From the NCBI RefSeq assembly GCF_000981445.1, contig NC_027217.1, positions 2,294,001 to 2,358,000 on the forward strand: DNA of 64,000 bases, given 5' to 3'. The translations under genes were made by a program, and so were the position numbers. Shown in pieces: positions 11,393 to 24,913 of this stretch (its first letter is position 1; every line of letters begins with the position of its first letter). This DNA comes from Babesia bigemina. Its lineage: Eukaryota. Below the pieces are notes generated by a model, which saw only the letters and a list, made by a program, of their open reading frames with translations, did not search any database and had not been told where the DNA came from.

Positions 11393-11994
11393 CTAATGTA
11401 CAATGTTACACTGTTACGCCGTCCGAGGCTGTGCATAGGTGCATTCAAGCCGTACGCGGGGTGTCGACGGTCGAAAAGATGCTACACCCACACACTACGA
11501 TGTAATGCCAATATCCCGCGTTATAGAATGGTACATGTAGCAGCAAGCAGCGCCTATTGGCGATCCTCCGCATTACACATCACGCGCGCGGTCAAGGCGC
11601 GCAAGCAGCATACACATTACCTCCGGCGCCGTTAATATACACTATTTTACACGTCTTTCCACTGAGGTGTGCAAAGTAAAGCCGCCTTCGTGGCCTTTCT
11701 ATGCTCGGAGGCCTGCACGATGGTGAGGGGAAGTCCGCAACCCTCCCCATTGTTATGAGGGCAGATCCGCGCCACATCCAGCACTGACCATTCCTCTGCT
11801 GTTTGGTTACGGGTTTTCTGGGCTGATTGGTTTTAGTGTGCCTCACTCGGGAGTTAACACACTTCTCCTTCCCGCCGCGCACATTTTATCTGTCCTCGAC
11901 ACGCCGCCCACGATCTCAAATCGGAGCGGAGCCTGAAGTTGGCAAATACTACCACCAGCAACACACACAAGGCTTACAAATAACCTGCTTCAAA

Positions 11995-12595
11995 ATGCTT
12001 GTCTACAAGGATCTTTTCACCGGCGACGAGGTTTGCTCGGACGCCTACGCCCACCTCAACCCCTTCGACAACGCCGACTTTGCCAACGGTAAGCTGCACA
12101 CGCCTATACGTGACATTTGCGCGCAGTTGCCTTCGAAGTCAAGTCGAACAAGGTGGCAAAGGGTAACGAGGACTACGGTATCGCTTGCAACGATGAGTAA
12201 GTTGTGCCAGTAACGGCCTGAATGCGCTCAGTGAGGAGGGTGGAAGCTCGGGACCCGCTGCCGACCCAGGTGTGGAGATGGTGATCGACGTCGTCGACGC
12301 CTTCAGGCTGCAGGAAACACCGTTCACCAAGGCCGAGTACACCAGCTACATCAAGAAGTACATCAAGCGTGTGGCCACCCACCTCGAGGAGAACCAGCCC
12401 GACCGCGTTGCCGCCTTCAAGACTGACATCCAGAACTTCGTCAAGCACGTCCTCTCCAACTTCAACGACTTCGAGTTCTACATTGGCGAGTCGCTTGACC
12501 TTGAGGCCGGACTTGTCTACGCCTACTACAACGGTGAGGAGGTTGCGCCCAGGCTTGTCTACATCAAGGACGCCTTGACGGAGGAGCGCTACTGA
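11995..12595 (+). CDS. TCTP: Translationally controlled tumour protein (TCTP), 3 exons
   Basis: [18 protein letters not shown]..., [25 protein letters not shown] and [15 protein letters not shown]. First intron 12089-12126. Confidence 0.97.
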
Positions 12596-12887
12596 AGATG
12601 CCTGTCATATAGACACTGACTCAATATTGCGATACCTTCTTTACACACCTAGCGTACGGGATGCGCAGGAGCAGTTGAATGCTGACCCTGTGACGATTAT
12701 GTGTTATCGTGTAGTAATTAGGGGTAGTGTGCCTGTGCATGGCGTGCGCCGTTGTGTAGGCGTAGCAGGCGGCGTATGACCGAAGATTCTTTGGCCGCAG
12801 CCTTCCACGAGGGTCACACTGTAGGAGCTCCAGCGTAACGAGCTGTATAAGCATTTACGCTCAAAATTACACAACAAATTAGTACAA

Positions 12888-13832
12888 ATGGACACGCTTG
12901 GCGCCGTCGTGCACAAGGAGTTCTCCTACATACACATCCCCTGCGACATCAACAGCCCGGTCAAGGTGCTGCGATTCCAGGGGACGGAAGACAGCTTCCG
13001 CGAAGAAATCAACAAGCATTTCACACGCGATTCCCTGCTACCAGAGGAGCGCCAGGGATTTGAGAAGTACCTCAAGGAGCAGCTCAAGGACACCCAGGAG
13101 AAGGCAGGGGTTGATGAAAAGTCAAAAATCGACCTCACCGAAGATCTGCTAAAAACCTCAATTGATGCTGCTGGGTCAACGTACCAGGTAAGTAGCACGA
13201 ATATTAACCACTTTCGCCGTATGCTAATCTCAACCTGCAGATTATACCGTTGACTCTGCCAACCAAGAAAAACGGGTTCATCGCCATTAACTGCTACATC
13301 GACAGCATCGGCCGTGTGAAGAATCTGCCTACAAATGCAAGAGCAACTAAGCTCTGTTCAACTGGTAATGCAAAAGTGACGGGTCCACAGACGTTGCAGA
13401 CATTAGAGGCGAATGCTTCATGTCAAAGACATTTGACGACGAGGACATTTTCAAAAGGGTCGACATGACTATGGAGGAATATGGTGAATTATTCGAAAAT
13501 CCGCCAGATCCTACAGGAAGGTTGGTTGTTCATATAAATACGTGTGGATAACGACATCGCAGATGGGACAGCTCGCAAGCGCTGTCCAATATGCTGAACC
13601 CACAATCAGCCAGCGCGCTTACTGCTTTGTCGCCTGCAAAGGAGGAGCCAATGAAGCATTGTGAAAACTGCAAAAAGGTGGGTTGCAATGCAATTCCCAT
13701 CACTGTTAACAGGAGGAGACAAAACAGGAACCACTGAAAATATGCTCCCGGTGCAAAAAGGTCAAGTACTGCTCAGTGGAGTGCCAAAAGGAGGACTGGA
13801 GGTTCCATAAGCGTATTTGTAACGCAGCATAA
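12888..13832 (+). CDS. MYND-type zinc finger protein, multi-exon
   Basis: Spliced C-terminus CENCKK...LKICSRCKKVKYCSVECQKEDWRFHKRIC is a canonical MYND finger. Several short GT-AG introns. Confidence 0.88.
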
Positions 13833-14733
13833 CCTATTACCATTCTTTGAGACGTATATCGTAAACCTAAATATGCTGGTGTATAATCGGTGGCATGATA
13901 GAGATTAGAAATTTGGTAGGGCATGGTAAACAGTGTATGGTTCACTAAACATGTCTATTTTTGCTGTAAATTGTACATTTAAGTAGTTCGTTTGTAAAAT
14001 GTGCTGATGCAAATTGCGGACATTCGGGGGGTTACAGAGCTCAACTGTCTCAATGTATCAGCAGCGTGGTATCAGGTGTCAATTGACAGGTCTAAGGAGT
14101 CACTTGGTGTGATATATGTAGGTTGATGTACCGCACGATGCGTCAAAGAGATGTGGTGCATAGCCTGTACATAGCAGGAAGGAATCAATAAAGTTTTAGC
14201 ATTTATCACATGTAATCTTGAAGATGCATCGAATGTCACGCAAAACTTAAGAACCTCCAAAAATTATAAATGGCTAGAGAATACATCAATAACAGCATAT
14301 TTATCCAGTCATACAGCAATATGTATTATTTCTGTGTGGGGACTGTATGAAGTGCGGTGAGGTGGTCTGCTGGTGATGTCGGAATATCGATGAAGCATCT
14401 GTACTCCACATCGCAATTGATGAAAGGTGCTACTTTGTGCTTTATTTCAACCGTATTGTGTTCGAATTGGAATAGAGAATAATTTTCAGTCAATTACAGC
14501 TGCGCATTATGAACCGACAATAGTCTGTTGGGTGTCGCTTTAATGCACTCTAAAAACTTATTCTACAATCATTTGGCAACCATATGAGTTTACAACAGCT
14601 TACAATGGCATTGATACTTATAATAGTAAAATATATACGCTGTTGAAGTGTATGTATTGTCGCAAATGCGCTAAATACGAGCAACTCTTATAGTTCGTTA
14701 AGGAATAACGGCAACAGATGACTACATTTATTC

Positions 14734-16264
14734 TCACTTTTGTTCTTCCGACGTCGGTGTATTTGCTTTTTCAGCTTTTTCCTTATCATCCTTATACGTA
14801 AAAAACAACGCAATATAGCAAAACACGTTGAGTGCTGTGCCTGCCAAAATTATATACATCATTGATTTCCTCAGGGCTTCGGCATTTTTATCCTTGATTT
14901 CTGTTGCCATAGTTTCAAACGACTCTCTAGATGGCACGTAGCCAAACACCTTCTCGGTCAAATATGCACAAACCTGGAAAAGAATAACACTACTTGAAAT
15001 TCCAGATATGGTTCGCACCACGGCAGATGCGGTCGCTTGGAACTTTTTCTCGATGGCATCTTTCAGAAGGGCCCTATCCACACCACCAATAGTTACTAAT
15101 GTTCCCCCGAGCGTTGCTAACTCTATATAATGATACCAAAGCAACTTCCCACATGGTGGCTTTCCCAAGAAGAATAGCAGAGAGACAACTAACCGGACTA
15201 CCATTACTGCAATACCAGAACCAAGTTCACCATAGCCTTCCTTGTTAAGCTTCGCAATTTTCTTTATAATTTCTCCACCAGCTCCACTTCCTGCTGCACC
15301 GCCAATCAAAGTAATTGCAATTGCAACTCCTGCCATTGTGTCAGACACCCCCAAATATTGTAGATATATCGTCATATAATTAAACGCGCACATTGGAGCT
15401 TCTGCAATGAATAGTGTAAATATTAATAACCACGTTGTTGCCCTCTGAAAAGGTTCTGTAAAGGCATCCTTTAAAAGTGTCTTAAAATCTCCGCTTTTGG
15501 CAATTGCATTGTTAGGCTGCGATGTCATTCCAAATATAATACTAGTACCAAACAATATCCATACGTATCCCAGCACCACGTACGACGTACGCCATCCATA
15601 ATATCCCAATAATACTTTGCGAGCAATAAGCGTAGTGATGACAGCGCATAACAAACGTCCAATGCAATTCAACGCTTGAAAAATCGTAAACATACTTTTA
15701 GCTTCTGATTCTTCATCTTTCTTTGCCTGGTCCTGTGCTCCCTCCGCTTTCTTGCCCTGGTTTGGAGTTCCGTCGGCTTTCTTACTATGTTCTTCCACAC
15801 CCTTTGAACCAGTTGAATCGGCTACAATCTTTTGTTGCACGGGGTAGACACAAGCGAATCCAAAGCCGTGTAGGAAACGTAGGAACAGAATCTGCAAATG
15901 CGTTATCAGTGAAACAATTGCAACTTACCACTTTATAATGTGACGCTGAACTTAGAAATATCGAAGCCATGCCCATAACTAACAGACCGCCACCAAGTAC
16001 GTAGTTGGAGGAATATGTGTCGGCTAGCAATCCCCAGATTAAGCAGCAACCCATGCGGGACATAGTAGACACTGTTGACAATGTTGACAATTGAGTTTGA
16101 GAAAACCCTAGAGTCAACTCAAAAGCTCTCATACACATGGACAACACCTGTTGGTCGTAGCCTTCTATGAAAGACACCAAGCAGTACAGTGCTTGTCCCA
16201 ATGCGCCGTACTTAAGTTTTGGAGTTTGGGTTTGAGTAGGAGGTGCTTGCGCGCCTTGAGTCAT
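14734..16264 (-). CDS. Major facilitator superfamily transporter (Spinster/PAT-like), copy 1, 2 exons
   Basis: Multiple hydrophobic TM segments. N-terminal SFIEGYDQQVL...RAFELTLG...IWGLLADTYS (MFS motif A region) and C-terminal KNAEALRKSM. Intron 15892-15928 restores the frame. Confidence 0.88.
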
Positions 16265-17250
16265 TTTCGCTGTCTTGTTTCACTCGTTGCAGTATATTAA
16301 TTACTTATGAACACTTTTACGTCGCTCATACCATATGTATCGCAAGCGAACTATCAGGATTACAGATCATGAATGGTGCCGCACCGTGACATTCATACCG
16401 ATTAAATAGATTTGAATGTACGAACGAATAAGATGTGCGCGACACTACAAGGGGTTCTGAGGTGATAGATCATCATCCACAATTCGTTTCACCCCAGAAT
16501 GATTAACTTGCTTATCCAGCCATAAGTGGCACAAACACATCGAAAGAACCTTTCATCATGAATAATTAACATGCGAAGGTCTATATTTAAAAATTATATC
16601 GACGATGTATGCAGCCGATTACGCGCTAGCTAATTGTCTTAGATGGTCGTTGCAATGTGTTCTATCTGGTTACGTTCGGCCAGTCCCACCATCTACACCT
16701 CATAATAGCTTGTTACTTACATGCGTTCTGTGTTGTTTGCGACCTACGCCCCCTACTGTTGCCAAACTATTTTGATATCTGTCATGTAGACATCCATCCT
16801 ATATATGCGAGAGAGTCATTCACAGTTTCATAATAATGCATAAGACCCACGTTAATCGACGCACAGGACATCTTTTGGACGTTGTTAGGTGCTTGAATTG
16901 TCTTTTTGTAACTCCTTCACCTGTTCCACATAATCTGTCCCTTGTATCTACGTGTTGCCAACATTTCTCGGTTGGTATTCCCAATTTCGATAATGGTGGT
17001 GATGTTCATAATAATAATGTATCGTCTTTAGGGCATGATTGCATCTATACCCTGTCTAACTAATTGCTCCTGCTTAAAGTGCAATAATTGATGTCAATTA
17101 CAACGTTTTTAGGTGTTGTGCCCACAATATCTAGGTCAGCTTTCAGGCAGCTTACCCCTTCCACTTTGTTGAATCTGCCTTTGTTTGTCTGTGTATTAAC
17201 AGTATCCATGATCCACTTGGTTAGACGCAAAATCTTTTTTTTGTTCACCT
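16265..17250. repeat. Upstream part of duplicated unit 1, homologous to about 21565-22560
   Basis: 16483 ttcgtttcaccccagaatgattaacttgcttatccagcca vs 21793 ttcgtttcaccccaggatgattagctcgcttatctagcca. The blocks atctggttacg..cggccagt and tgttgtgccc...ctttcaggca also recur at an offset of about 5.3 kb. Confidence 0.8.
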
Positions 17251-18479
17251 ATGCGGAGCAAATTTATGGGGACGATAATCTGTGATGTGACCCATAATGT
17301 CCTCATGAAGCCAAAAGTGAAACGGAGTCGCGCTACGAATTACTAACGGAATATTCGCATGTGAGATTAGATTGCGGCCACATTATCCGGATTTTACTAG
17401 CTGGAAATGGCAGTGTGATATTGAGGGACTACTACCAGGGGTAGACAGGGCAAAAAAAAATAACAATTTCTGTTAGGGTAATTCGCTAATACGTAACAAT
17501 AAAAGCAGAATGGTAGCCACGCTAGCAGGGTGGTATTGGATCTGCCGTGGTGAGAGGAGGCTGTGACATCTGGTTGAGGATATGAATAGATTGGGTCAAA
17601 GCATCTTGCAAGACCATGCTCATCACATCTCAATCTTCAAATGCTCTTGAAGCACTGATAATATATGAAGCACATACCTCCACAGCAGAGATACCATGCG
17701 CTTACTGCGGGATTGTGCACGGTGGAGGATATCGTAGCACTGAAATACCGTGATGCCTATATTGATGGAATACTTCACCAATGCCATTAAACCACACTGA
17801 GCTATATAATGTAGAGTGATATACCCGATTGTAGCATACTGCTGCAGTACAGCGAGAGTGATGGGCCAATCACCACCAGACACAACGCAACAATTGAGAA
17901 ATAAAAAGTGTTTTGCATTTTAACAAGAAATTCACGTGTCAAGTCAGCGGATTACATGTAATACAATGTGAAAAGTATGCGTCTAATATGTGAAGCTACA
18001 TTATGCCCTCGCAGGGGAAAACGGAATAGCGATCAATGGCCATGTTATCGGGCATATGCGTACTCATCGTAACGTTAAATTCGCATATAAAGCACGTATG
18101 TTATGATATTACAACTTAACATTTTTACGAGATGGAATCACTTAAGAATCTGAATACCTGAGTCGGATACAAAATTAATATTTATTAGGATCACGGAGGA
18201 GATTTGGCAAACAACACCTAAAGATATTGTGCACTTTACTCCGCCAAATCCTCATGTCACTTTCTTCCAGAGTTCAAACAACACTCAGCCCTGCGAGGCT
18301 AGTGACAACGTTCTTGGAAACTGGTGACGAGGAAATTTTCTTTCACTTACGTTGACCCGATTAAAATAAATGGCGATATATGTCAAAATAACAATACACA
18401 GGTGACGAAATATGGTGTGTGTTACCAGCAGGATGCATCCTTCAATCCGCAGGCAACGGAGACTATGTATCTATATGCA

Positions 18480-19000
18480 GCAGTTACGTTATTCTAAATT
18501 GCCTTATCTATTCCATTTCCACAGCACAAATTGCCCCAATTTGTGACTGTATATAAAGCTATCGGCAACATCTTTGAAAATTATTTGGACATCACGGACG
18601 TTTGCTTTGATGTGCCATGTCCTGATCAGTCAACTTAAGTTCCATTCGTTTTAGAGAATAATTAGTGATACTTCTTATCATCATCATCATAATCCATTGT
18701 TTACAAGCGGTCGTAGTTGGTGAAAGTATAATCTCTCTTGGTTTACAATGCATGAACCGTATCTGTCAGCTGCTTTATTTCCTCTCATCGCTACTTCATA
18801 ACCGACTTTTCATCCTCATCACCAGAACGATCACCATCAATACACGCTAACATACAAATGTCGTTACCGCCTATTAATTGACACATAATACTTAGCGCTT
18901 GTCAACTTATGTCATTGGTGTCAGAACTGCATCACCTTTAATAACCGCATTTTGGCAAAGATCAGTTGGAGGCTCTGACGCTGAAAATAATTTGGATAGC
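18480..19000 (-). pseudogene. Possible decayed coding remnant of unknown family
   Basis: One minus frame reads protein-like through several stops: CIDGDRSGDEDEKSVMK*R*EEIKQLTDTVHAL*TKRDYTFTNYDRL*TMDYDDDDKKYH*...NVRDVQIIFKDVADSFIY. Confidence 0.3.
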
Positions 19001-20111
19001 TATTTGCAACAAGCGCCCTTCATCTATTCTAAGCAAAAAACAGCTGGCCTTGAAATGAAGCTTTGCGCCTCCTCTAATGTTAAACCCCGTGTGGAGCCAG
19101 ACCAAATTACGTGCGGGAATCGAAGCACTGTTGGTCTCATGTGATCACCCAATCATCACGTCGCACTACATGACATTCATTGTAAAGGTAACCTGAATCA
19201 CGCTGGCAATGAAGAATTGCTAATTTAGCAGAACTACTGTGCTAAGAGAAAGCCAAGTGCACTAGGAGACGGTGCGGAAAATGAGCGACTGCATCATATC
19301 GGAGTGATAAGCATCAGGACGGTGAATAAGATTTGGCAAGTGGGGTGAGCGGCGAAAGGACAGTGGAAGAGGCTACAAAACTCTTAGCTCAACGTGGAGT
19401 TCCACATCTCCAGAGTTGTTACGTGATGCTTTCTGTCGAAATGCGCAGTTCCGTTCTGGCGTGACTTAAAAGGAAGTTCAACCAACAACAGTGACAGTGT
19501 CTCAGTGTAGCGAGTGAGGTGATAAATGTGAACGCCATTGTCGTGTCTACGACGCAATGCTCATACCAATAGAGAGGTAGAAACTTAGCATTGTGATGGG
19601 AAGAATTACCAAGCCTTTCCGACTCCAACCAAACGGAACAGTTAAAATCAGTACGTCGAAACAGTTCGCGTGTATTTCAGAACCTTCAAATGCGCGCTTA
19701 TAGCGGAGGAGATACGCTCGTTACTCAGCGCCGTATACTACCGTGTTTGTATTGTTGGCAATTGCTGGTATTTGGTTTGTGTTGAATACCGCATACATCC
19801 TTTTGTTAGAAAAAAAATGCGCTGGTCCAAAACAAAGTGTGGCTGCATGGATGGGATAACGAGCACTTTCCTCCGCTCGAATTACAAATACATTCCTTTC
19901 AGAAGCCACCGATTTTGGCTTTACTGCCATACAAATTTTCATTCTGCAAATTTTTATAACACGCCTGACTTCAGGCGAAAATACAATCTGAAAAAACTGA
20001 CACTATGAGCAAACATCTATACGCAGAAATAGTGTATGGTCGGTTTCAAATGTTCACAATCCATGCATTACATAAGCTTATTGAAGTTCCCGTAGTAATA
20101 GTTCAATGCAA

Positions 20112-21564
20112 TCATTGTGGAACAGGTGCTGATGACGGTAAATTTTTCCGTTTTTCTCCCTTGTTATTGCCATCCACTATATTTCTATCTCCCATATACG
20201 TACAACACAACGCAATATAGCAAAACACGTTGAGTAGTGTGCCTGTTAATATAATATACATCATTGATTTTCTCAGGGCTTCGGCACTTCTCTCTTTAAT
20301 ATCTGCGTCCATAGTTTCAAACGACTTCCTGAATGGAACGTAGGCGAACACTTTATCCGACAAATATGCGGAAATCTGGAAGAGAACCACGCTACTTGCG
20401 ATACCGGATATGGTTCGAACCATGGCAGAAGCTGTACCCTGGTACTTGTCTTCAATTGCTTTTGTCAAAAGGGCCCTATCGACACCACCAACCGTTACTA
20501 ACGTTCCCCCTAGCGTTGCCAACTCCATGTAATGATACCAAAGCAACTTCCCGCTTGGCTGTGGTCCTAGGAAGAGTAATAGAGATTCTACAAGTCGGAC
20601 GACCATCATCACAAGTCCGAAACCAACTTCACCACTACAATCATATTTTTCTGCACGATTACTAATAATTAATCCGCCAGCAACGCTAATAACTGCCCCA
20701 CCAATCAGTGTAACCGCAATTGCAACGCCTGCCATTGTCTCAGATACTCCCAAATATTGCAAGTAAATGTTAATATACGAAAATGCGCATATTGGAGCTT
20801 CTGCGATGAATATGGTAAGTATCAATATCCATGTTGTTGCCCTCTTAAAGGGTTGAGACAATGCCTGCGATATATGCGTCCTAAATTCAACGGATTTAGA
20901 ATTGCTGTCACGCTTACGTGTCATCCCAAATAGAATGGAGATGCCAAACAGTATCCAGATGTACCCCAGTACAAAGTAAGACGTACGCCACCCATAATAG
21001 CCCAATAATACTTTCCGTGCAATTAGCGTAGTTATTACGGCAGATAGCAATCGTCCGAGGCAATTTAAACCTTGCATTATACCGAATATTAAATTGAAGT
21101 CTTCTGGTTTATCCGAGTTCGAAACGATATGTTGTTGGACGGGGTAGATGCAAGCTAATCCAAATCCGTGTAAGAAACGCAGGAGTAAAATCTGCAGATG
21201 TATGATCGGACCGAAAATTGGAACCTACACCTTTGTAGTGTGACGCAGAACTTAGAAATATCGAAGACATCCCGATAAATAAACACCCAGCACCGAGTAT
21301 ATGTTTCGAGTCGTATCGGTCTGCAAGCACTCCCCAAATTATACAGCAACCCATACGGGACATAGTAGACACGGTTGCCATCGTAGACAACTGAGACTGA
21401 GAAAAACCCAATGTTAACTCGAAAGCCCTCATACACATATACAACATCTGTTGGTCGTAGCCTTCAATGAATGATACGAGGTAGTACAGCGCTTTTCCCA
21501 ACGTCCCATACACTTTTTTCGTAGTGGGAGGTGCAGATTCAGATCCTGAGCGTTCATCCGTCAT
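20112..21564 (-). CDS. Major facilitator superfamily transporter (Spinster/PAT-like), copy 2, 2 exons
   Basis: Clear paralog of 14734-16264 (LVSFIEGYDQQ, LIARKVLLGYYGWRTSY, GKLLWYHY.ELATLGGTLVT.GGVDRALL, AEALRKSMMYIIL). A 37-nt intron at the same position (21192-21228) gives an intact frame. Confidence 0.88.
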
Positions 21565-23212
21565 TTTTGCTGTACCACTACAGTGTAGTCATTCTCTAAA
21601 TGACGTTTCAATCAACCGTTGTAAGTACATCATATCGTATGCATCAGAAGGCGTAGATGAAGGTTATGTATCATACGGTTCCATATTTGGCAGGAATCTT
21701 TATTAAAACATTAAGTTTAATTAAACGACATGGAATACATCAAATGTGTGCGACAATACGGGTTTTATAGGCGATGAGACTGTCATACATACTTCGTTTC
21801 ACCCCAGGATGATTAGCTCGCTTATCTAGCCAAAGGGAGCACATAGACATCGAATGAGTCCTATATCGTGAATAATTAAAATGCGAAGATCTATATAAAC
21901 CAAATTTTAGTAATCACTCCCAGGTATGATGGGCGATCCTGTAAACGCTAGCCAACTGCCTTCTATGGCTTTTGAAAGGTGTTCCATCTGGTTACGCTCG
22001 GCCAGTGCCGCTTCGTATACCTCTATATAGCCCATAAGCAGCAATCCGTCTGCGTTGCTTGAGAGTTACATCCCAGTACCGGTGCCGATCGTTGTTGGTA
22101 TACTCCATAATGGCATCCTCCTGTTTTGTCGCGGGGGTCATTCACAGACTCGTAATGTTCCATAGCAATCAAGTTACCTGGCTCATGGGGTGCTTTTTGA
22201 ACTCTGTTGTGTTGTTGATAGGCCTCTCATTTAGCTCCACTCACCCGCTCTCTTACGCTATCTCTTGTTTCTACAAGTTGCCAACAAAACTTTTTGGTTG
22301 TCATTACCAAATTGGGCAAATGGTGTTGACGTTCTCCATAATAATGCGTTATATCAAAAGCGTTATACTTATATTTTATGTATGGAGTTGCCTATCCTTG
22401 AGGCGTAGTGATCAGTAGCCACTGCTAGTTTTTTCAATGTTGTGCCCGCATACAGCACGTCAACTTTCAGGCAAACATCGTCAGTCACATTGCTCAGCTT
22501 AGCTTAGTTATGCCATGAGCACATATGCTGATTGATAGGCGTCACTGATTCCAAAATTTCCTGCTTCATGCTCAAGGGCCTTTTTAGTCCGTCGAAACGG
22601 ACCACGTTTACGAATGACATCAGTAAGGATTCTCGGTTAACATGTGATAAAAACGGTGCAAGTACAAGTTCATTACGCTATGAATCGCTGATAACAACTC
22701 GTAATCTGCGGTGGTGTTTTGGAAGAATGGTCTTTAAACGTTGGAGACAGAGCACTACGTGAATTGTGGGTAGACTGGTCCCAGAGAGAAACAATATAAA
22801 AGCGAATTTGAGCATCGTTTCGTATGGCGATTCTCCAATACTTGAGACTAAAGCCGGTTTTGTAGTACACGCTGAAATTATTATTACATTGGATATGACG
22901 TGGGTAGAGGATGGCAGAGGGCGTGTGACAAGGGAAACAACACGGTCTACCGATTGACATGACAGATGGTTAGAGCGTATGACATACGTTTCCCGCATTG
23001 AAATATGCAAGCTTCCATGAACGCAGTACGCGAAAGAGTAGGTACGAAGGCGCCATGTAGTACACCAGAATAAGCCTTTAGCCAATGCAGGCTAACATTA
23101 CGACTAATGCAAGCACCATTAGTGAGGATGAGAAGGCAATAAGATAGCATTACCGTGTGTTGCTACTAGAGTGCCATGATACAGCCACTGCGATGTGACG
23201 ACAATACGTGTT

Positions 23213-24112
23213 CTACGACAAGCCAGCGTATGCCCTTGGACGTACGGCGGGGTAGCGGTCAACGCTCATCTCCTCGGGAATTCTGCCACCGGAGAGATTA
23301 CTCAGGGATCTTCCGGGATACCTAGGAGAACTGGGAAATGCTGCACGTATTTTAGTCGTAATCGCGTGGAACTTCTCGGGAAGCATGAACCTAAAAATAA
23401 GGAATGCTAAGACAATGATAACCAAGGGAATAGCTATGGTGCAGCAGCGTCTAAAGTTATCTTGGCCGCATAGTTTGCCGCAGTAGGTGCATTTAATGAC
23501 GCAATTACCATTAATGTCTCGTACTCCACTAAGCCAGTTGCAGTTGCTCTCAGTACATTTCTTGCCTGGGTGGGGTTTTCCATCGCACTCGATTCTATTT
23601 TTATCATTGCGATCCAATAAAGCACCGTAGTTGTTGTCTTTGTCGTATATGTCGTATTTGACGTGACCTCGGCATTCTATGCCATCTGGGCACCTGCCTA
23701 TTACGTAGCCGTTGCACTCTTCTCCAGAACAATTCCTCGGATCACACCACTTACAGCAGCTACAAATAACGCCGTTGCAGTGTGTTCCGCAATTACAAAA
23801 ATAACATATACATGGACCTTCAGGTTTGCATCTTCTCTGGCAACGCTGGCAACTTTGGTTTTTTATACCTTTACACTTGCCATACCCGTCTTTGTTGCAA
23901 TCATCTTTACAACCACACCGAATGTCATTACATTTACACTTCATTCCCGTCGTACATTTCTTATCGCAGCGCCGACATTTCGGATCGCAGCACATCTCGC
24001 ACGTCGTACATTCGGCATTAGCGCATGGACCATCTGCAACTTGACCACATGTAATATTTAGGCAATTACACTTGTTCCCCTCCACCCTTACCGCCGTCGT
24101 CTTCGCCGCCAT
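23213..24112 (-). CDS. Cys-rich protein with a single C-terminal TM helix and cytoplasmic tail, paralog A; probable surface protein
   Basis: Start placed at MAAKTT (ATG 24112) by alignment with paralog B. About 40 Cys in the ectodomain, TM IAIPLVIIVLAFLIF, ~60-aa tail, no signal peptide. Confidence 0.8.
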   Translation of the reverse strand: MAAKTTAVRVEGNKCNCLNITCGQVADGPCANAECTTCEMCCDPKCRRCDKKCTTGMKCKCNDIRCGCKDDCNKDGYGKCKGIKNQSCQRCQRRCKPEGPCICYFCNCGTHCNGVICSCCKWCDPRNCSGEECNGYVIGRCPDGIECRGHVKYDIYDKDNNYGALLDRNDKNRIECDGKPHPGKKCTESNCNWLSGVRDINGNCVIKCTYCGKLCGQDNFRRCCTIAIPLVIIVLAFLIFRFMLPEKFHAITTKIRAAFPSSPRYPGRSLSNLSGGRIPEEMSVDRYPAVRPRAYAGLS

Positions 24113-24913
24113 CCTCCCTCTCCGACTCCATTCACACTCCACCCACGGCAACAGGCTACATATTTCAAGGCTCCGCCATATTTGACAAGACAGAGTTATA
24201 CAGCTCATTTCCACACATGCAAGGCGGTGTACATCCAGCTGAGCATGCAAAAATGATCAATCCCAGAGCAGTGACACCATGAGAATCCGTACCCACTACG
24301 TGCGTTGACGATGAAAGTTGCCCGTATTATAACGTAGGCATTACATTCGATTATATGCTACCCAAGAATACCATTCCGCATCCACCTATATCAGGTCACA
24401 TCACATTATCACCGCGTTTTCCGTAGCACAACCAAATTAGCATGTGACCACATGTCGCAATGCATCCAATTGTACCAACAATTGAGTTAACTCAAGGCTC
24501 CAGCCGGTTGTATTATGGATTAATAAATACATACATTTGCAGTCTTGATTAGCCAAATGTTCGTTGTACTCCAAATTTATGAAATGATGAGAAACCTTCG
24601 TACTTAGCACTTTAACATATGCACTGAATGATGTCACTACAAACCTTAGTTGACGTAATAGCGGATGCATATAACAGAGGCCCGCAGTTGTCAACAATAC
24701 GTGATACGCATTTGTTGATTCGATCGACTTTAACCTCCTACTTCATAATGACCCTTCGTCTCCCTTATTATTACAGCAACCGTTAACACTCCCTAATTGA
24801 CAGTGAATGTGGTCATATGGTTTTAGTTCCCCCGTGTTGGACATGCTGCGTGTGGTACGTGAGCTATGTGCACAGGTGACTCAAGGTCTTAGCGCGTGTG
24901 TGGATAGGCGCGA

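Noticed and set aside
14734..21564. Split MFS ORFs as frameshifted pseudogenes
   Set aside because: A 37-nt GT-AG intron at the same site restores the frame in both copies.
24113..24250. N-terminal extension of the 345-aa ORF (MHAQLD...)
   Set aside because: It starts at a non-ATG codon and has no counterpart in paralog B, which has an in-frame stop just before its ATG.
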